From the NCBI GenBank assembly GCA_035193785.1, contig CP136572.1, positions 800,001 to 864,000 on the forward strand: a DNA stretch of 64,000 nt. The letters are read 5' to 3'. The DNA comes from Planktothrix sp. GU0601_MAG3 (GTDB lineage Bacteria > Cyanobacteriota > Cyanobacteriia > Cyanobacteriales > Microcoleaceae). Numbering within the stretch: position 1 is the stretch's first letter; each line of letters begins with the position of its first letter. The position numbers and the translations under genes are program-made. Shown here in pieces: positions 59,578-64,000 of this stretch. The notes below the pieces were generated by a model that searched no databases, was not told the DNA's origin, and saw only the letters and a program-made list of their open reading frames with translations.

Positions 59578-61312
59578 ATGAACAGACAAGAATTTTTAGA
59601 TCGGTACCAAGCGGGAGAGCGCAATTTTACTTATATTGATTTAAGTGAGGTCAACCTAAGCGGTGTCAATTTGCAGGAGATTAACCTCACGGGCGCGAAA
59701 CCTCACGGGGGTTAACCTCAGTTGGGCGGTACTAAGCAAAACTCAATTAGTGGGAGTGTGTTTTCGTCGGGCTGACTTACGCAGTACGGTATTAACCCAG
59801 AGTAATCTGAATCAAAGCAATTTAAGTGGTGCAAATCTGACGAAGGCGGACTTACGATTTGCCACTTTACAACAGGCGGATTTGAATTGGGCGGTTTTAA
59901 CTGAAGCGGATTTAAGCAATGCGGATTTAACGGGCGCGAAATTGGATCAGATTAATTTAGAACAGGCAAAATTAAATCATGCTGTATTAATCGGTGCAGA
60001 ATTAATGGAGGCGAATTTAACCCGGGCAAGTTTAGTAGCGACAAATTTGACCCAGGCAAATTTACGAGAATCTCAGTTAGCGGGGGCTAATTTAAAAGAT
60101 GCAATTTTGATTCAAGCCAACCTCACGGAAGCAGACTTAAATGGTGCTACCTTAAGGTCTACGAATTTAACGGGGGCGGATATGCACCGAGTTGTATTAA
60201 CGGGGGCAGATTTAACTGATGCGGTTCTTGATGGGGCGGATTTAAGTCGAGGAAATTTAACCGGGGCTTATTTATTAAAAACCAGTTTTAAAAAGGCTTA
60301 TTTATTACGGGCAAATTTAGAGGAAGTTTATCTGCTTTGGTCGAATTTAACCGAGGCAAATTTAAGGGGGGCAAACCTTCGTCGGGCAGATTTAAGCGGA
60401 GCTTATTTGGGGGATGCGATTTTAAGCGAGGCGGATTTGCGAGATACTTTATTAATTGAAAGTCGCTTAATTAGAACAAATTTAGAGGGGGCAAAATTAA
60501 CGGGATGTTGTATTTATAATTGGCAAAAATCAGATGTTGAATTGAATAAAGTAGAGTGTGAATATGTTTATACTGAGTTTGATTATACAAATAAAAAACC
60601 CAAAAATCGTTATCCCATTGGTCGGGATTTTTTACCCGGAGAATTAGCTCAAGATTCCCCAGAAGATAGCCAGTTAATTCCGGTGGAATTTGCCGAATAT
60701 CCCAATTGGGAAGCCTTAATTTATACTTTAGTGAAAGTGGAACAGGAGAGTCATGAACTTGAGTTGAGCATCCAAGGATTTGAAACCCAACCGGATAGTT
60801 TTTTACTGCATATTAGGGCAAATTATTTAGTCAATGCTAAACTTCTGAGTCAAAAGATTTTAAAGTCCTATCCAGCAATGAAACAGAAACTTGTACAGAA
60901 GCGATCGGACATTTTGGGGTTATTAAATTTGGAGGTTCCTATTTTTAATGCGGCGGTAGATTTGGATGGAATTCCTGAAGCGGTGATTCCTCCTGTTGCA
61001 GTTGAAGGGAATAACCATCAAACTTTGTATCAAGAAGTTTCTCGTCAAATTCAAGGGATTTTGCGATCGCAGGAACCAGAAAAATTTGTGGTTAGTGTCC
61101 AAAGATTATTAGATTTCCTGGCTAAAAATGGTGTGGAACTTGAGGATCTTCAACATCAAGTTATTATTCAAGGTATTGTGCAACGCGCCCAACAAGAACC
61201 TCTATTTAAAGAGAATTTATTCCGTTGGGAACAGGTCGCCAGTCCAACGGAAAGACTTTCTTTGATGGGGGAATTAGTTAGATTTGCGATCGCCCTTTTA
61301 TGGGAAGAATAA
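59578..61312 (+). CDS. Pentapeptide-repeat protein (apparent frameshift near 59698)
   Basis: MNRQEFLDRYQAGERNF start, A(D/N)LxxA repeats and LTGCCIYNW...VECEYVY. Confidence 0.88.
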
Positions 61313-61344
61313 ATTGATTTTTTGATCGCCATAGTTTAAACTCT

Positions 61345-64000
61345 CTAAACAAAATCACGACTATCTAACTCCATAGCTGCAATTTTTCGTAAAATCATAA
61401 GATAGGTTTCCATCGGACTTGAGTTGGATGACCGTATCCTGATTCCATTCATTGATTCCTTGGGTAATATTTAATTGTTCAAAGGTTAAACCGAAAGGTA
61501 ATTCTATTTTATCTTCTGTTAGTTTAAAATCGGTAACAATATCGGCTTTATTTAGAAATTGAGTTCCCAGATAATTACTTATTACAAACACATCATTTCC
61601 GATATATCCGGTTAAGGTATCGACGCCTTCTCCCCCATCTAAGCGATCATTTCCCAAGTCTCCAAATAGTTGATCATTTCCTTCTTTTCCATATAAACGA
61701 TCATTTCCCTCGCCTCCAAATAGAATATCATCTCCGATTCCCCCGTCGATAAAATCCGTTCCATTTCCCCCAATTAGTAAGTCATTTCCGGCTTCTCCCA
61801 TGAGACCATCAGCGCCTTTTTGACCTAAAATCATATCATTCCCGCCTTTACCCATTAACTGATCATTTCCGTCTCGTCCATAGATAATATCATCAGTTTC
61901 TGAGGCTTGAGTTTGATTGTCCTTGTCGGTTAAACCTATAATATTATCCGAAGATAAATTGGGTTCTTCGCCTAAATTATCGTTGTCTTCTATATTAAAT
62001 ATTAGTTGTTTTTCTAAGGCGTTATAGCGACTATCTTGACTGTTAGTAATATGGTTAATTGATAATGAGAGTTGTTCGTCTTCTATGACCTGATCTTCGA
62101 CCCCTTCTATTTTAACAAATTGAGGAATACTCCAGTTATTTGATGTAAAGGTAAGAGTGGGTTGATCACCAGTGATTTGTGTGCCATAATTGATAGCGAT
62201 CGCAACATTAGCCGTTGGTTCACTGTCTAAGACTACTTTATAAATATCAAACCCAAATCCTTCCCAAACTTCTGTCGTATTGGCGGGTTGAATCAAACGG
62301 ATATTGGCTGTTCCAGGGGGTAGGGGTTTGTCATTTTCAGTAATATCAACCGTCAGAAAATAAGTTTCTACTTGATCAATAAAAATAGGAGTATTGCTGT
62401 TATAATTGTTATCAGAACTACTGATAGAATGTACTAGAGTGCTAGTATGAATTTTATCCTCAACTATGCTATCATCAATAGCATTAACCGTTACTAATTG
62501 AGGGCTATTCCAATTGTCCGGGGTAAAGGTTAATTCAATCGGGTTATCTTCTCCATTTCCTAAGTCTGTTTGACTATCGGGGGTGATTTTAACGATAACA
62601 TTTGCTGTCGGTTGGCTGGTAAGAATCACTTCATAAAAATCTGTGACTCCTTCTTCAGTGATATTTGTACTTCCTTGGCTTTGGGTAATTTTAATAGAGG
62701 GGATATCATTATCATTAACCGTGGCGGTGATATCAGAAATAGGTACTCCAATATATTGAGGATCGGTTGTATTAAGGGTATGGCGAATAATTGTGGTTTG
62801 AGGAGATTCGGCGATCGCATCATCAACGGTTTGGACTTCAATAGTTTGGGGTTGATTCCAATTATTTTGGTCAAAAGTTAGGGGTGAAATGGTTTGTAAT
62901 TGGTTTTCTGTTTCAAAATTAATAGTTACAGGATTATTAGGTTTTGCGCTTAAACTAATTTGATAGGTTGCATTTTCTTCACCTTCTGTTAAAGTCAGAT
63001 TAGTAGGATTAATTGAAATCTTTGCGGGAAAATCGTCATCCTGAATTTCCACCAAAACCGAATTTATTGTTAATTGGTTATAACTGGGTTCAGAAACTGG
63101 TAATTTGATGAGTAATATTGGTACTGCGATCGCCTTCTAATAGTTGATTATCTACTACCTTAACCAGCACCGTTTGAGGAATATTCCAATTGCTTTGATC
63201 AAAAGTAATTTCTGGAATAGGTTCAAGTTCTTTATCCGTATTAAAACTAATAGTAATGGGTTCAATGGGTTCTGTTGTTAACACAATAGAATAATTATTA
63301 TTACTCCCTTCTATAATCTTTAAAATATTCGGATTAATCAAAATATTAGCAGTATCATCATCTATATTGGTAAAAGTAATATTTTTTTTCGGTAAATTGC
63401 TATATTGACTTTCACTATTTTGAGCTATACTGGTGATAATAGAATAAGAAATATTTCCATCTTGAACATCATCATCGACTCCAGTGACGGTCACAAGTTG
63501 AGAGATACTCCAATTATTAGGAGTAAAGGTAATACTGTCCGTTGATAAACTTCCTTCCGTGGTGTCATTATTAGTCAGACTAACGAGAACATCTGATGTG
63601 GGTTGAGAATTTAAAGTTATCTCAAAACTTCCCGTGTCTCCGTCTTCGCTGGTGAGGGTGTCTAGGGAATTAATATTAATTCCAATACTATCGTTATCTT
63701 GGTTAATAAAATTTAGGGTATCGGCGGGTAAATTAATATATTTGCTATCACTACTGGGGTTAATACTGGTAATAATAGAATAAGGGATATTTCCATCTTG
63801 AATATTATCATTAACTCCGATAACGGTAACGAGTTGAGGGGTACTCCAATTATTAGGAGTAAAGGTAATATTGGGAGTTGATAAACTTCCTTCCGTGGTG
63901 TCATTATTAGTCAGACTAACGAGGACATCTGATGTGGGTTGAGAATTTAAAGTTATCTCAAAACTCCCCGTGTCTCCGTCTTCGCTGGTGAGGGTGTCTA
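61345..64000 (-). CDS. Large RTX-type surface protein/adhesin with repeated Calx-beta/cadherin-like domains (5' part outside the window; apparent frameshifts near 63094 and 61407)
   Basis: Repeated LTFTPxNWxxPQxVxV...DD modules, GGxGxD repeats, and an ADIVTDF...DKIEL tail ending ...DSRDFV*. Confidence 0.82.
63430..64000 (-). repeat. 336-nt (112-aa) direct coding repeat
   Basis: gttgataaacttccttccgtggtgtcattattagtcagactaacgag occurs at 63541 and 63877. Confidence 0.85.

Noticed and set aside
1910..63100. Mass pseudogenisation or programmed frameshifting
   Set aside because: The same +1 lesion occurs in unrelated conserved genes with no in-frame nonsense decay or slippery-site structure. A systematic sequencing artefact is more parsimonious.

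Overview
Chromosomal window from a filamentous cyanobacterium. The frequent HIP1 GCGATCGC sites, STRR-type heptamer/nonamer repeats and REP hairpins fit Planktothrix or a related Oscillatoriales genus (inference). Left to right: a 5'-truncated AAA_35-WD40-TPR gene facing an AAA_35-adenylate cyclase gene; a ~13 kb type I secretion cluster (PEP-CTERM protein, PPIase, three RTX proteins, a double-glycine-leader peptide, HetP, HlyD and a cNMP-C39-ABC exporter) whose promoter regions share a TGCCA-N3-TGGCA palindrome; YdcF, an RND exporter, hpnA, hpnH and a metal ABC permease; a Ski2-like helicase; a single-chain restriction-modification gene flanked by MITE ends; sppA; treZ-treY and treS interrupted by an SPFH/Zn-ribbon pair; stress/BON genes; a sensor adenylate cyclase; tRNA-Ser(GCT); a pentapeptide-repeat gene; and the 3' part of a large RTX adhesin. 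About 30 apparent frameshifts split the genes. Each one I traced is repaired by removing one base from a GAAAC/GTTTC, giving GAAC/GTTC. This points to a motif-specific sequencing artefact, possibly caused by a DNA modification such as Dnd phosphorothioation, so split ORFs are reported as single genes. Family assignments come from motif recognition by eye, not database searches.
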